The notes below the pieces were generated by a model. It had not been told where the DNA came from, did no database searches, and saw only the letters and a program-made list of their open reading frames with translations. Shown in pieces: positions 1 to 8,718 of a DNA stretch of 64,000 nucleotides. Both the position numbers and the translations under genes were made by a program. How positions within the stretch are numbered: position 1 is the first letter of the stretch; every line of letters starts with the position of its first letter. Source of the DNA: Deltaproteobacteria bacterium (GTDB taxonomy: Bacteria; Myxococcota; UBA727; VGSZ01); contig JACOUT010000009.1 of assembly GCA_016177705.1 (NCBI GenBank), forward strand, positions 271,519 through 335,518, given 5' to 3'.

Positions 1-402
1 ACCACGTGGTTCGCCGGCGGCGACGTCCAATGGTCGCCCATCTACGGCAAGATCTCGGCGGTCTCCGAGCTCGACCTCAACTTCCAGCTCTATGCGCTTG
101 CCGGCGGTGGCGCCGAGGGCATCACCCGCAAGCTCAACGGCGAGGTTGGCTATGACACGCCGCAGGTCCGGTTCTCCGGCAACTACGGCCTCGGCATCCG
201 GCTCATCCCGTGGAAGTTCCTGGCGCTGCGCGCCGAGCTGCGCAACTTCAACGGCCTCAACCCGAACGTGGAAGAGCACAACGCCAACGACGAGGACGCC
301 TGCGGCACCGGCTACACGCTGGTGGTCGGGGCCGCCAAACAGTGTTTCAGCGACATCTCCACCAACACCATGCTGCAAGTCGGCCTGTCGCTGCTCCTGT
401 GA
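1..402 (+). CDS. GltA/GltB (NfsA/NfsB)-family outer-membrane beta-barrel protein, C-terminal fragment (5' end outside window)
   Basis: Frame 1 is open from the window edge to TGA 400-402; it is absent from the ORF track only because no start lies in the window. Translation TTWFAGGDVQWSPIYGKISAVSELDLNFQLYALAGGG...RAELRNF...LQVGLSLLL aligns with the next gene (FPWFLGGDAQWSPLYGKVSVHDLALGQFNLYLSVGAA...RFEVRDY), so these are tandem paralogs. High GC3. Confidence 0.7.
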   Translation, partial: TTWFAGGDVQWSPIYGKISAVSELDLNFQLYALAGGGAEGITRKLNGEVGYDTPQVRFSGNYGLGIRLIPWKFLALRAELRNFNGLNPNVEEHNANDEDACGTGYTLVVGAAKQCFSDISTNTMLQVGLSLLL

Positions 403-459
403 GCACCTGTCTCGTGAGCACCTGTCCCGTGACCACGTGTCCTTTGAGCACCTGGGCCG
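400..459 (+). repeat. 4 x 15-bp tandem repeat in the intercistronic spacer; each unit starts with a TGA in the frame of the upstream gene
   Basis: Units are tgagcacctgtctcg / tgagcacctgtcccg / tgaccacgtgtcctt / tgagcacctgggccg, starting at 400, 415, 430 and 445. Each contains a CACCTG or CACGTG core. Confidence 0.9.
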
Positions 460-476
460 CACTCGGAAGCACCACC

Positions 477-1325
477 ATGAAGAAGCTGCTGCTGTTCGTC
501 ACCTTGGCGACCCTCGGCACCGCGGCGCGCGCTGCGGACGAGGAGGAGAAGGACACTGCCGGCGAAGACGCCTCCGCCGAGGAGACGCCCGCCGACGAGC
601 CTGACGCGTCTTCGGCACCGGCGGCCGCCGAGGCCGAGGCGGCGACCGCGACCGAAGAGACCATCTTCGTGGTGCAGGGCAAGCCGTTCCTGGTCGCCGG
701 CAAGTTCGAGCTGTCGCCGCAGATCGCGCAGAGCGTGAACGACTCCTTCACCTCGCACACCGGCCTGACCGCGTCGGGCATCTACCACCTGAAGGAGAAC
801 GTGGCCTTCGAGCTCACCGGCGGGCTGTTCGGTTGGTGGGACGTCGGCGGTCCCCGGCTCGGCGGTCGTGACAGCGAGCTGACCGTCGAGCTGCGCGAGA
901 AGGAGAGCCTGGCCCCCGAGCGGGTCAAGCTGTACCAGTTCCCCTGGTTTCTTGGCGGCGACGCACAGTGGAGCCCGCTCTACGGCAAGGTGAGCGTGCA
1001 CGACTTGGCGCTCGGCCAGTTCAACCTCTATCTCTCGGTCGGCGCCGCGGCGTTCGGCCTGCAACTCGAGAGCCTGACGCAAGGCGGCGCGCAGAAGGCC
1101 TACGTCACGGGCTTCGGCCCCTACGACTTCCGCACCACGCTCGCCACCTCGTTCGGCGGCGGCCTGCGCTTCTACTTCACCGATTGGCTGGGCGTGCGCT
1201 TCGAGGTGCGCGACTACGTGCTGCCGTTGTCGGTGCGGGAAGGCGACGTGGAAGACGCGGACGGCCCGAGCTTCGACGTCACCAACCTGGTGCTCGGCCA
1301 GGCCGGCGTCTCCTTCATCTTCTGA
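477..1325 (+). CDS. GltA/GltB (NfsA/NfsB)-family outer-membrane beta-barrel protein
   Basis: ATG 477 with GGAAG 8 nt upstream. Signal peptide MKKLLLFVTLATLGTAARA, then an acidic Ala/Glu linker and a beta-strand-rich body ending in the aromatic terminus GVSFIF. Paralogous to the preceding fragment. The longer track ORF from 210 has an Arg-rich, implausible N-terminus. Confidence 0.75.
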   Translation: MKKLLLFVTLATLGTAARAADEEEKDTAGEDASAEETPADEPDASSAPAAAEAEAATATEETIFVVQGKPFLVAGKFELSPQIAQSVNDSFTSHTGLTASGIYHLKENVAFELTGGLFGWWDVGGPRLGGRDSELTVELREKESLAPERVKLYQFPWFLGGDAQWSPLYGKVSVHDLALGQFNLYLSVGAAAFGLQLESLTQGGAQKAYVTGFGPYDFRTTLATSFGGGLRFYFTDWLGVRFEVRDYVLPLSVREGDVEDADGPSFDVTNLVLGQAGVSFIF

Positions 1326-1333
1326 GGCTGACC

Positions 1334-2908
1334 ATGAAGCGAACCATTCTCTTCGCCGCGACGCTCGCTCTGGCGCTGCCGGCCTCGGCCCAGAACATCG
1401 AGAAGGCGGTCAAGGCCTTCAAGGGCGGCGACTACGACGTCGCAGCCGCGCAGTTCTACTCGGTGCTCCGCTTCGAGGGTGAAGAGGAGGGCGACATCGC
1501 CGAGGCGCAATACGGCCTGGCCAAGAGCTTCGAGAAGCTCGGCCTGCCGCTGGCCGCGCTCAAGTACTACGAGGACATCGCCAAGAGCGGCAACGATCAC
1601 CCGCACTTCGACGACGCCATCGAGGGCCTGCTCGCGGTGGGCGACGCGCTCGACGACGACCTGAAGACGCCGCAGATCCTCGACTCCGTCTACACACCGG
1701 AGAACGAGAACGCGCTGCGCAAGATGAACCCCGAGGTCTTGCAGCGCGTGCACTACACGCTCGGCCGCTTCATGTTCAATCGCGCCAACTTCAAGGAGGC
1801 GCGCGACTTCCTGGGCACCGTCAAGCCCGGCAACCCGAAGTACCCGCATGCGCAGTACATGCTCGGGCTGGTCCGCCTGGGCGTCGGCCGCGGCGACAAC
1901 TACGCGCCCAAGTACGATCAGGTGATCGAGCACTTCGAGAAGGCGCGCGAGGCGATCCCGAAGGACGCCTCCGACGAGCGCCTGCTCGAGCTACGCGACC
2001 TCGCCAGCCTCGGCCTGGCGCGCACCTACTACGAGCAGGCCTACCAGCTCGACGAGGGCGACCCCAAGCGCAACGACGGACTGGCGCGCGCGCGCAGCGA
2101 GTTCCTCAACGTGCCGCGCTTCTCGGGCACCTGGCCGCAGGCCCTGTTCGAGCGCGCCTGGACCGAGACCGTCAGCAACAACTACGGCAAGGCGCTCGGC
2201 GCGTTGCACTCGCTGCGTGCGCCCTACTTCGAGGACGAGTTCTACCCGGAGGCCAAGATCCTCCAGGCCATCATCTACTACTACAACTGTCAGTGGGACC
2301 GCGTGAACGCCATCCTCGAGGAGACCAAGGACTCCTACGGCCCGATGACCAAGACGCTGCAGGCCTTGCTCGACGAGAACTTCGCGCTCGACGAGTGGTA
2401 CCCGCTCTTGCAGAAGTCGCTCAAGCAGCAGCCGGGTGACAAGAGCAGCAACCTGCTGCCGCGGCCCGTGGCCTTTGCCGTCACCAAGGATCCCAAGTTC
2501 GCCAAGATGGAGGGCTTCCTGCGCGAGATCGATCGCGAGGCCAAGGTGTTCGAGAAGAACGACACCTTCAAGCGCTCCGACATGGGCCGTGAGATGACCG
2601 ACTTCGCCAACGACACGCGGGACGCGTACCTGTCGCTGGTCGGCAAGTACCTGAAGACCAAGGTCAACGACCTGAACGGCGAGCTCGGTGACATCACCAC
2701 GCGCGCCTCCATCGTGGCGCTCGAGACCAAGACGGCCGAGGCCGACTGGCTCGAGCTCGGCAAGGAGATCGGCGGTCAGAGCCGCGCGCGCCAGCCGCGT
2801 CCCTTCATCCCCGACGACACCTTCCAGTTCTGGTGGTTCCGAAACGAGTACTGGGTCGACGAGCTCGGCTACTACGAGTTCACCATCAAGACCGAGTGCT
2901 TCGAGTAG
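1334..2908 (+). CDS. Secreted TPR-repeat protein at the GltC/NfsC position
   Basis: ATG 1334 lies 8 nt after the previous stop, with GAGG upstream. Signal peptide MKRTILFAATLALALPASA. TPR-like helical repeats (AVKAFKGGDYDVAAAQFYSVL..., AEAQYGLAKSFEKLGLPLAALKYYEDI...). Position in cluster matches gltC/nfsC. Confidence 0.65.
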   Translation: MKRTILFAATLALALPASAQNIEKAVKAFKGGDYDVAAAQFYSVLRFEGEEEGDIAEAQYGLAKSFEKLGLPLAALKYYEDIAKSGNDHPHFDDAIEGLLAVGDALDDDLKTPQILDSVYTPENENALRKMNPEVLQRVHYTLGRFMFNRANFKEARDFLGTVKPGNPKYPHAQYMLGLVRLGVGRGDNYAPKYDQVIEHFEKAREAIPKDASDERLLELRDLASLGLARTYYEQAYQLDEGDPKRNDGLARARSEFLNVPRFSGTWPQALFERAWTETVSNNYGKALGALHSLRAPYFEDEFYPEAKILQAIIYYYNCQWDRVNAILEETKDSYGPMTKTLQALLDENFALDEWYPLLQKSLKQQPGDKSSNLLPRPVAFAVTKDPKFAKMEGFLREIDREAKVFEKNDTFKRSDMGREMTDFANDTRDAYLSLVGKYLKTKVNDLNGELGDITTRASIVALETKTAEADWLELGKEIGGQSRARQPRPFIPDDTFQFWWFRNEYWVDELGYYEFTIKTECFE

Positions 2909-2993
2909 CCGCCGCCGACGAACGTCGCAGTGACGACGTGTAGGACAATCTGCCACACGGAGCCGGCGCGCGCTTTCGCCGGGGCTGTGTTTC

Positions 2994-3020
2994 GCGGGGG
3001 AAGGCCGTTGCTTCCCCCGC
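2994..3020 (+). terminator. Stem-loop (10-bp stem gcgggggaag/cttcccccgc, 7-nt loop) in the 162-bp spacer before the GltD-like gene; possible terminator, attenuator or RNA-stability element
   Basis: Perfect inverted repeat read directly from the sequence. A second 6-bp stem lies at 2963-2982. An 11-nt direct repeat cgcgcgctttc occurs at 2967-2977 and 3018-3028. There is no T-tract. Confidence 0.3.
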
Positions 3021-3070
3021 GCGCTTTCACTACGCGAATTCGTCTCGCCACGTCGACAGGAAGCCCGCCC

Positions 3071-6000
3071 ATGACGCTCTCCCCCCTTCGCGCGCTCGCG
3101 TTCGTCGTCCTCGGCCTGGTCGCCTTCAACGTCGAGATTGGGCCCGAAGGGCTCGGTGTCGCGCCGGCCGCCGCCGCCAAGAAGAAGAAGTCCGATAAGA
3201 AGGACGACAAGGCCGAGGAGAAGAAGGACGACAAGGAGGGCGACAAGAAGGCGGACGACAAGAAGCCCGAGGAGAAGAAGGACGAGGCGCTGCGCACGAC
3301 CGGCCCGGCCAGCATCAAGCGCGACGCCTTCTCGGCCAAGCAGTTCGACAACTCCGCCAAGGCCGACCGGAAGCGCGACGAGCAGATCGAGGAGATCAAG
3401 GGCCTCTTGCCCAAGATGCACGGCAAGTCGCAGGAGGGCGAGCTGATCTTCCGCCTCGCCGAGATCTACTGGGACAAGTCGAAGTTCGCCTACCAGACCG
3501 AGTTCAAGGAATTCGACGAGGCCTACCAGAAGTGGGTCGACGGCGGCCGGCAAGGCAAGGAGCCGCAGCTCACCTCGTACGCCAAGAAGAGCGAGGCCTA
3601 CAAGAAGCAGGCGCTCGACAACTACGGCATCGTGCTCGAGAAGTTCCCCGACTACCCGCGCCTCGACGAGGTGCTCTACATCATGGCCTTCAACCAGTAC
3701 GAGGCCGGCAAGACCAAAGAGGCGGTCGACAACTACTCGCAGCTCATCCGGCAGTACCAGGAGAGCGAGTACGTCTCCGACTCCTACCTCGCGCTCGGCG
3801 AGCACTACTTCAAGGCCAACGACCTGACCAAGTCGACCAAGGCCTACAAGAAGGCCTACGACATCGGCGAGGCGAAGAAGCGCCCCTCGGTCGCCAACTA
3901 CGCGCTCTACAAGCTCGCGTGGTGTGACTACAACGCGCAGGCCTACGACGACGCGCTCTCGAGATTCAAGGACGTCATCCGCCGCTCCGGCAAGGAGTCG
4001 CCCGGCGACGGGCAGACGGGCGGCAAGATCGAGAAGCTGCAGCTCAAGCGCGAGGCGCTCAACGACATGGTGTTGACCTACTCGCAGCTCGACAAGACCA
4101 AGGACGCCTACGAGTACCTGAAGAAGGAGGCGGGCGCGCAGGAGGGCTACCGCCTGACCACCAAGCTCGCCGCCGTCTACAAGGAGCAGGGCAAGCACCC
4201 GCTGCAGATCGAGACGCTGCGCCTGCTCATCAACCTTGACCCCGACCACACCTCGTCGCCCGACTACCAGTCGCAGATCGTCGCCGCCTACTCACAGATG
4301 GGCGACCGCGCCAACGTGAAGAAGGAAGTGACCCGCCTGGTCGAGCTCTACCGCCCCGGCAGCTCGTGGTGGCGCAAGAACGAGAGCAACAACACCGCGG
4401 TCGAGCGCGCGCGCGCCATCGCCGAGAGCCGCATGCGCGAGCTGGTCACCGACTACCACCGCTACGCGCAGAAGTTCAAAAAGGTCGAGGACTACGAGGT
4501 GGCGCGCGACATCTACGCGCAGTACCTGCAGGCCTTCCCCGACAGCGACAGCTCCTATCGCTTGAACTTCTTCTATGCCGAGCTCTTGTGGGATCTCGGT
4601 CAGTGGCGTGAAGCAGCGGCGCAGTACGACGCCGTCGTCAAGCGCGACGCGAAGGGCGAGTACACGAAGACGTGCGCCTACAACGCGGTGCTCGCCTGGG
4701 AGAAGATCGTCAACAAGGTGCTACCGCCGCCGGTGTCGAGGGACGGCAAGATCGGCGACATCTCCGGCTGCTCCGAGGACGACGAGAAGAAGGGCAAGTG
4801 CAAGAAGCGCAAGGAGGGTGACGTCACCAAGGGCGTCAACGTCCAGAAGCTCACCGACTACCAGAAGGGCAAGAAGTACGTCGAGGAGAAGATCCCCGAC
4901 GACGAGGTCGCGCTCGCCAACGCCTGCGACGCCTACGTCAGCGTCATGGGCACCGACTGGAAGAAGGACAAGAAGATCGAGGACGAGCTGATCGTCGTGA
5001 AGTTCAAGGCGGGCTACATCTTCCAGACGCACAATCACTTCGACGAGGCGGCCAAGCGCTTCGGCGAGCTGATCGCCGTCTGGCCGGACAACGAGTATGC
5101 GCGCAAGGGCGCCGACCAGATCCTCGACTCCTACGACGCGCGCGAGGACTACCTGGCGCTCGAGAAGTGGTCGCGCACCTTCTCCGACAACAAGGTGCTG
5201 ATGAAGGAGGACAAGTTCTCCAAGCTGGTGGTGCGCTTCATGGAGGGCGCCACCTTCAAGAACGCCGACGCCGTGCGCGCCAAGTACGAGACCTTGCCCA
5301 AGGGCAGCGCCGAGAAGAGCGAGGCCGCGCTCGCAGCCGCCGGCAAGTTCGAGGGCTTCGTCAAGGAGTTCCCCAAGAGCGAGTTCGCTGCCATCGCGAC
5401 CTACAACGTGCAGCTCCTCTACGCGAACGAGGAGCAGATCGACAACGCCATCGTCTGGGCCGAGCGCATCTTGAAGGAGTTCCCCAAGGAGATCACCACC
5501 CACGCGGATCTCAAGAAGGCGAACGCCGAGGAGACCACCTACGCCAACCTGGCCGCCTATTACGAGAAGGTCGCGCAGTACAAGACCGCGGCCGACTGGT
5601 ACGTGAAGTTCGCTGACAAGTACAAAGACAACCCGAAGTCGCCCGACTCCATCTACAACGCGGGCATCTTCCACCTCGGCCTCGGCGACACCGACAGCGC
5701 GGTCAAGCTGTTCGCGCGCTACATCAAGGACTTCCCGAAGCAGAAGGACATCCCCGACGTCTACCTGCGCATGGCGGCGGTCTACGAGGACAAGGAAGAC
5801 TGGAAGCGCACCGCGGCCATGTACGGCGAGTTCGAGAAGCTGCACGGCAAGGACGCCAAGCCCGAGCAGGTGCTGATGTCGCGCTTCAAGACCGCCATCG
5901 CCTTGCAGAAGGCCGGCCGCGACAAGGACATGCTCGACATCTGCGAGGGCATCTTGTCCAACTGGAAGAAGCTCGACGACAAGGTGAAGAAGGGCGACGT

Positions 6001-6547
6001 CGGCGTGCAGGCCGGCGGCTTCTGCGGCTTCCACATGCTCGAGAAGGAGTGGCTCGAGTACAAGGCCATCAAGATCGAGCAGAAGTCCGGCGTGTCGGGA
6101 CGCAAGGGCATGAAGATGGTCGCCGAGGCGCTCGACCAGAAGAAGAAGAAGCGCGACGACGTCGCCAAGAAGTACTTCGACCTGAAAGACTACGGCAGCG
6201 CCGAGTGGGCCATCGCCGGCCTGCTGCGCGCCGCCGACGCGCTGCTCGACTACGTCACCACGCTGAGAAACGCGCCCGTGCCGGCCGCGCTCGCCAACAA
6301 CCCCGAGGCGACCGATCTGTTCATGGCTGAGCTCGAGAACATCGCCTTCCCGGTGGAAGAGCAGGCCATCACCGCGCTCGAGGCCGCGCTCGACGCCGCC
6401 TTCCAGAAGGGCGTCTACTCCTCCTACACCATCGAGCTGGAGGATCGCCTGCGCAAGTTCAAGCCGGCCAAGTTCGGCCGCATCTACGAGCTGCCCTTCT
6501 TCCCGTCGGCGGCGGTGTCCGCGCCCACGCGCACGGCGTCCCGGTGA
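3071..6547 (+). CDS. gltD: Giant TPR-repeat protein, AgmU/GltD (NfsD)-like
   Basis: ATG 3071 with AGGAAG 8 nt upstream. N-terminal hydrophobic signal/anchor MTLSPLRALAFVVLGLVAF. Lys/Asp/Glu low-complexity stretch (KKKKSDKKDDKAEEKKDDKEGDKK...), then about 1000 aa of TPR-like repeats. Size, architecture and neighbourhood match GltD/NfsD. Whether this is the glt or nfs paralog is unresolved. Confidence 0.7.
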   Translation: MTLSPLRALAFVVLGLVAFNVEIGPEGLGVAPAAAAKKKKSDKKDDKAEEKKDDKEGDKKADDKKPEEKKDEALRTTGPASIKRDAFSAKQFDNSAKADRKRDEQIEEIKGLLPKMHGKSQEGELIFRLAEIYWDKSKFAYQTEFKEFDEAYQKWVDGGRQGKEPQLTSYAKKSEAYKKQALDNYGIVLEKFPDYPRLDEVLYIMAFNQYEAGKTKEAVDNYSQLIRQYQESEYVSDSYLALGEHYFKANDLTKSTKAYKKAYDIGEAKKRPSVANYALYKLAWCDYNAQAYDDALSRFKDVIRRSGKESPGDGQTGGKIEKLQLKREALNDMVLTYSQLDKTKDAYEYLKKEAGAQEGYRLTTKLAAVYKEQGKHPLQIETLRLLINLDPDHTSSPDYQSQIVAAYSQMGDRANVKKEVTRLVELYRPGSSWWRKNESNNTAVERARAIAESRMRELVTDYHRYAQKFKKVEDYEVARDIYAQYLQAFPDSDSSYRLNFFYAELLWDLGQWREAAAQYDAVVKRDAKGEYTKTCAYNAVLAWEKIVNKVLPPPVSRDGKIGDISGCSEDDEKKGKCKKRKEGDVTKGVNVQKLTDYQKGKKYVEEKIPDDEVALANACDAYVSVMGTDWKKDKKIEDELIVVKFKAGYIFQTHNHFDEAAKRFGELIAVWPDNEYARKGADQILDSYDAREDYLALEKWSRTFSDNKVLMKEDKFSKLVVRFMEGATFKNADAVRAKYETLPKGSAEKSEAALAAAGKFEGFVKEFPKSEFAAIATYNVQLLYANEEQIDNAIVWAERILKEFPKEITTHADLKKANAEETTYANLAAYYEKVAQYKTAADWYVKFADKYKDNPKSPDSIYNAGIFHLGLGDTDSAVKLFARYIKDFPKQKDIPDVYLRMAAVYEDKEDWKRTAAMYGEFEKLHGKDAKPEQVLMSRFKTAIALQKAGRDKDMLDICEGILSNWKKLDDKVKKGDVGVQAGGFCGFHMLEKEWLEYKAIKIEQKSGVSGRKGMKMVAEALDQKKKKRDDVAKKYFDLKDYGSAEWAIAGLLRAADALLDYVTTLRNAPVPAALANNPEATDLFMAELENIAFPVEEQAITALEAALDAAFQKGVYSSYTIELEDRLRKFKPAKFGRIYELPFFPSAAVSAPTRTASR

Positions 6548-7851
6548 TCGCCATGAGGAACGTCGTGAAACAGACGATCAAGCACAGCATCAAGCACCTC
6601 GCCGTCGTCGCCGTCATCGCCGCGCTCGCCGCGTGCGGCACCACCAAGAGCGCCGACAAGCCGGACGACAAGCCCGCCGACACGGCGACCAAGCCGGTGG
6701 CCAAGAAGGAAGACTCGGTGCAGGCGCTGGTCGCCGACGCCGGGCTGTTGCTCAAGCAGGGCCGCGCGCAGGAGGCCAAGGCCAAGTACGCGCAGGCGCT
6801 CAAGAAGGAGCCGGGCAACTTCGACGCGCGCGTGGGCGAGGCCAGCGCCGACCTCAAGCTCGGCAACTTCGACAGCGCGTCGTCGACGCTCGCCTCCTTG
6901 CAGAAAGAGAAGGGCGACTCGCGCGAGGTGGTCATCCTGCTCGGCCTGCTGCACAAGGAGAAGGGCGACTTCCGCGCGGGCATCACCCTCTACGAGGGCG
7001 CGCTCGAGAAGCAGAAGGCGGCCGGCCAGGCGCCCGACCCCGACCTGCTGAACAACCTGATCGTGCTCTACCGCCTCAACAAGGACTACGACGAGGGCGA
7101 GAAGACCTGCCGGCAGCTTTTGTCGCGCGACCCCGACAACGTCGACGCGCTGAAGAACCTGAGCCTGATCTACTTCGACCAGGAGAAGTTCGCGCTGGCC
7201 GAGACCATCGCCATCAACTCGCTCAAGCTCAACGACAAGGACGCGGCGCTCTACAACAACCGCGGCATGATCCGCGTCAAGCGCGGCCGGTATCCCGAGG
7301 CGGTCAGCTTCTTCAAGAAGGCGGTCGAGATCGACCCCGCGCTCATCTCGGCCCACCTGAACCTCGGCGCCATCGCGCTGCGCTACCGCGACTACAACAC
7401 GGCCGCGAACCACTTCGGCCAGGCCATGAAGATCGAGCCGCGCCACCCCGAGGCGAACCTCGGCTACGGCTTCGCGCTCGCCGGCCAGCAGAAGGCGCAG
7501 GACGCGATCTCGCAGCTCCAGCGCGCCGTCGAGATCAACCCGAAGGCGGCCGACGCCTACGGCGAGATCGCCATGGTCACCAACCTGCAGCTCAACAAGC
7601 CGCAAGAGGCGCTCGAGTGGTGCGGCAAGTACAAGGACGCGAGCGGCGGCGGCGACGACAAGGACCCGGTGACCGCCGAGTGCAAGAACATCGAGCAGAC
7701 GCTGAAGAACCAGGAGATGATGAAGAAGCAGGCCGAGCAGGCCAAGGCCGCGGCCGCCGAGGAGGAGAAGGAGAAGGCCGCCAAGAAGGCGGCCGAGCCC
7801 GCGCCGCCGGCGCCCGCTCCCGCCCCAGCTCCTGCTCCACCGCCGAAGTAG
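6544..7851 (+). CDS. gltE: TPR-repeat lipoprotein, AglT/GltE (NfsE)-like
   Basis: GTG 6544 overlaps the previous stop (GTGA); ATG 6553 is an alternative start. Lipobox ...AVIAALAAC. TPR repeats run through the body. C-terminal tail is Ala/Pro/Lys/Glu rich (AEEEKEKAAKKAAEPAPPAPAPAPAPAPPPK). Confidence 0.7.
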   Translation: MIAMRNVVKQTIKHSIKHLAVVAVIAALAACGTTKSADKPDDKPADTATKPVAKKEDSVQALVADAGLLLKQGRAQEAKAKYAQALKKEPGNFDARVGEASADLKLGNFDSASSTLASLQKEKGDSREVVILLGLLHKEKGDFRAGITLYEGALEKQKAAGQAPDPDLLNNLIVLYRLNKDYDEGEKTCRQLLSRDPDNVDALKNLSLIYFDQEKFALAETIAINSLKLNDKDAALYNNRGMIRVKRGRYPEAVSFFKKAVEIDPALISAHLNLGAIALRYRDYNTAANHFGQAMKIEPRHPEANLGYGFALAGQQKAQDAISQLQRAVEINPKAADAYGEIAMVTNLQLNKPQEALEWCGKYKDASGGGDDKDPVTAECKNIEQTLKNQEMMKKQAEQAKAAAAEEEKEKAAKKAAEPAPPAPAPAPAPAPPPK

Positions 7852-7939
7852 CCGCAGCTCCCATCGTGCGGCCGCCCGACCTCCGGGTCGTTGCGGCCGG
7901 GCACCGGTGCTCGTACGCTCCCCTCCGATGAGGATCGCC

Positions 7940-8200
7940 ATGAAGAAGCTCGCCGTCGTCGCCGTCGCCCTCGCCCTGGCTGCTCCCGCCTTCGCCGAAG
8001 ACACGGTGGTCGAGGAGTCCGACAAGGTCGTCTACAACAAGAAGACCGTCATCGACTTCTCCGACGTCAACATCGAGGGCGAGCTGACCAAGCCCGAGGG
8101 CAGCTACATCAAGAACCGGAAGAAGACCCGCTTCCGCAACCTGATCGAGCTGCGCGGCAACTTCCGCCCCGAGCTCAAACGCTCCGTCTCCGCCCTCTAA
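7940..8200 (+). CDS. Small (86 aa) secreted protein at the GltF/NfsF position, copy 1
   Basis: ATG 7940 with GAGGA 6 nt upstream; 7928 and 7907 are alternative starts. Signal peptide MKKLAVVAVALALAAPAFA. The C-terminal motif KKTRFRNLIELRGNFRPEL is shared with the next gene. Confidence 0.6.
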   Translation: MKKLAVVAVALALAAPAFAEDTVVEESDKVVYNKKTVIDFSDVNIEGELTKPEGSYIKNRKKTRFRNLIELRGNFRPELKRSVSAL

Positions 8201-8202
8201 GC

Positions 8203-8226
8203 GTGCCCGTGCCCGTGCCCGTGCCC
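8203..8226 (+). repeat. (GTGCCC)x4 hexanucleotide microsatellite, followed by a small hairpin gcccgg-aactc-ccgggc (8222-8238)
   Basis: Four perfect units begin 3 nt after the TAA stop at 8198-8200, in the 60-bp spacer between the two small paralogs. Confidence 0.9.
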
Positions 8227-8260
8227 GGAACTCCCGGGCAGCGGCAGGTGTCTGCGCGGC

Positions 8261-8521
8261 ATGCACACCCTGCTCGCCCTCGCCCTCGCCGCCTCCTTCG
8301 CCCTCGCCCCTGACGACCCGGAGCCGATCCGGGAGCCCGACCGCGTCGTCGCCGCCAAGAAGACCTTCGTCGACATGACCGAGGCCGAGATCCGCGGCGT
8401 CGTGGTCAAGCCGACGACCGAGTACCTCCACGGGCGGACCCGGGTGAAATTCCGCAACCTGATAGAGCTGCGCGCCACCTTCCGGCCCGAGCTGGCCGCC
8501 TCGGTCGGCACGCTGCGGTGA
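8261..8521 (+). CDS. Small (86 aa) secreted protein, paralog of the 7940-8200 product (GltF/NfsF-position copy 2)
   Basis: ATG 8261; signal-like MHTLLALALAASFALA. DRVVAAKKTFVDMTEAEIRGVVVKPTTEYLHGRTRVKFRNLIELRATFRPEL aligns residue-for-residue with DKVVYNKKTVIDFSDVNIEGELTKPEGSYIKNRKKTRFRNLIELRGNFRPEL. Confidence 0.6.
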   Translation: MHTLLALALAASFALAPDDPEPIREPDRVVAAKKTFVDMTEAEIRGVVVKPTTEYLHGRTRVKFRNLIELRATFRPELAASVGTLR

Positions 8522-8718
8522 TGGCCGCGCCCCGGATCCGGGCGCGCGAGAACCAGCCGCCGCACCTCGCTGTCGGTCCCTACGTGCCCCCGCTGCCGGC
8601 GCGGCGCACCGCGTCCGTCCCGGGTAGGCGCAGGTACGACATCCAGCCGATAGATCAGGTCTTTTCCCCGCGAACCTCGTTGACGAAACAGGCCCGGGCA
8701 CGAACAAGAGAGAGCGAT

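Noticed and set aside
400-459. Periodic in-frame TGAs considered as selenocysteine or programmed read-through sites
   Set aside because: I saw no SECIS-like hairpin after the TGAs. Read-through would add only APVS/APVP/PRVL pentapeptides. The next gene has its own RBS and signal peptide. Tandem duplication of the gene terminus is simpler. The repeat itself is retained as a finding.
92-604. 170-aa plus-strand ORF spanning the first intergenic repeat
   Set aside because: It is out of frame with both barrel genes, Arg/Ser/Thr/Ala rich, and crosses the tandem repeat. It is not coding.
1991-4249. 752-aa ORF on the minus strand, antisense to the GltC-like and GltD-like genes (similar cases: 4721-6034 and 6484-8025, minus strand)
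   Set aside because: Its composition is Leu/Val/Arg/Gly/Ala dominated and low complexity, and it mirrors a sense gene that has clear motifs and high GC3. This is a typical shadow ORF in 70% GC DNA.
8660-8718. Possible promoter (TTGACG, and GGCACG as a sigma-54 -24 element) upstream of the GltG-like gene
   Set aside because: No acceptable -10 hexamer lies at 16-18 nt, and there is no TTGC at the -12 position. The evidence is too weak to call.
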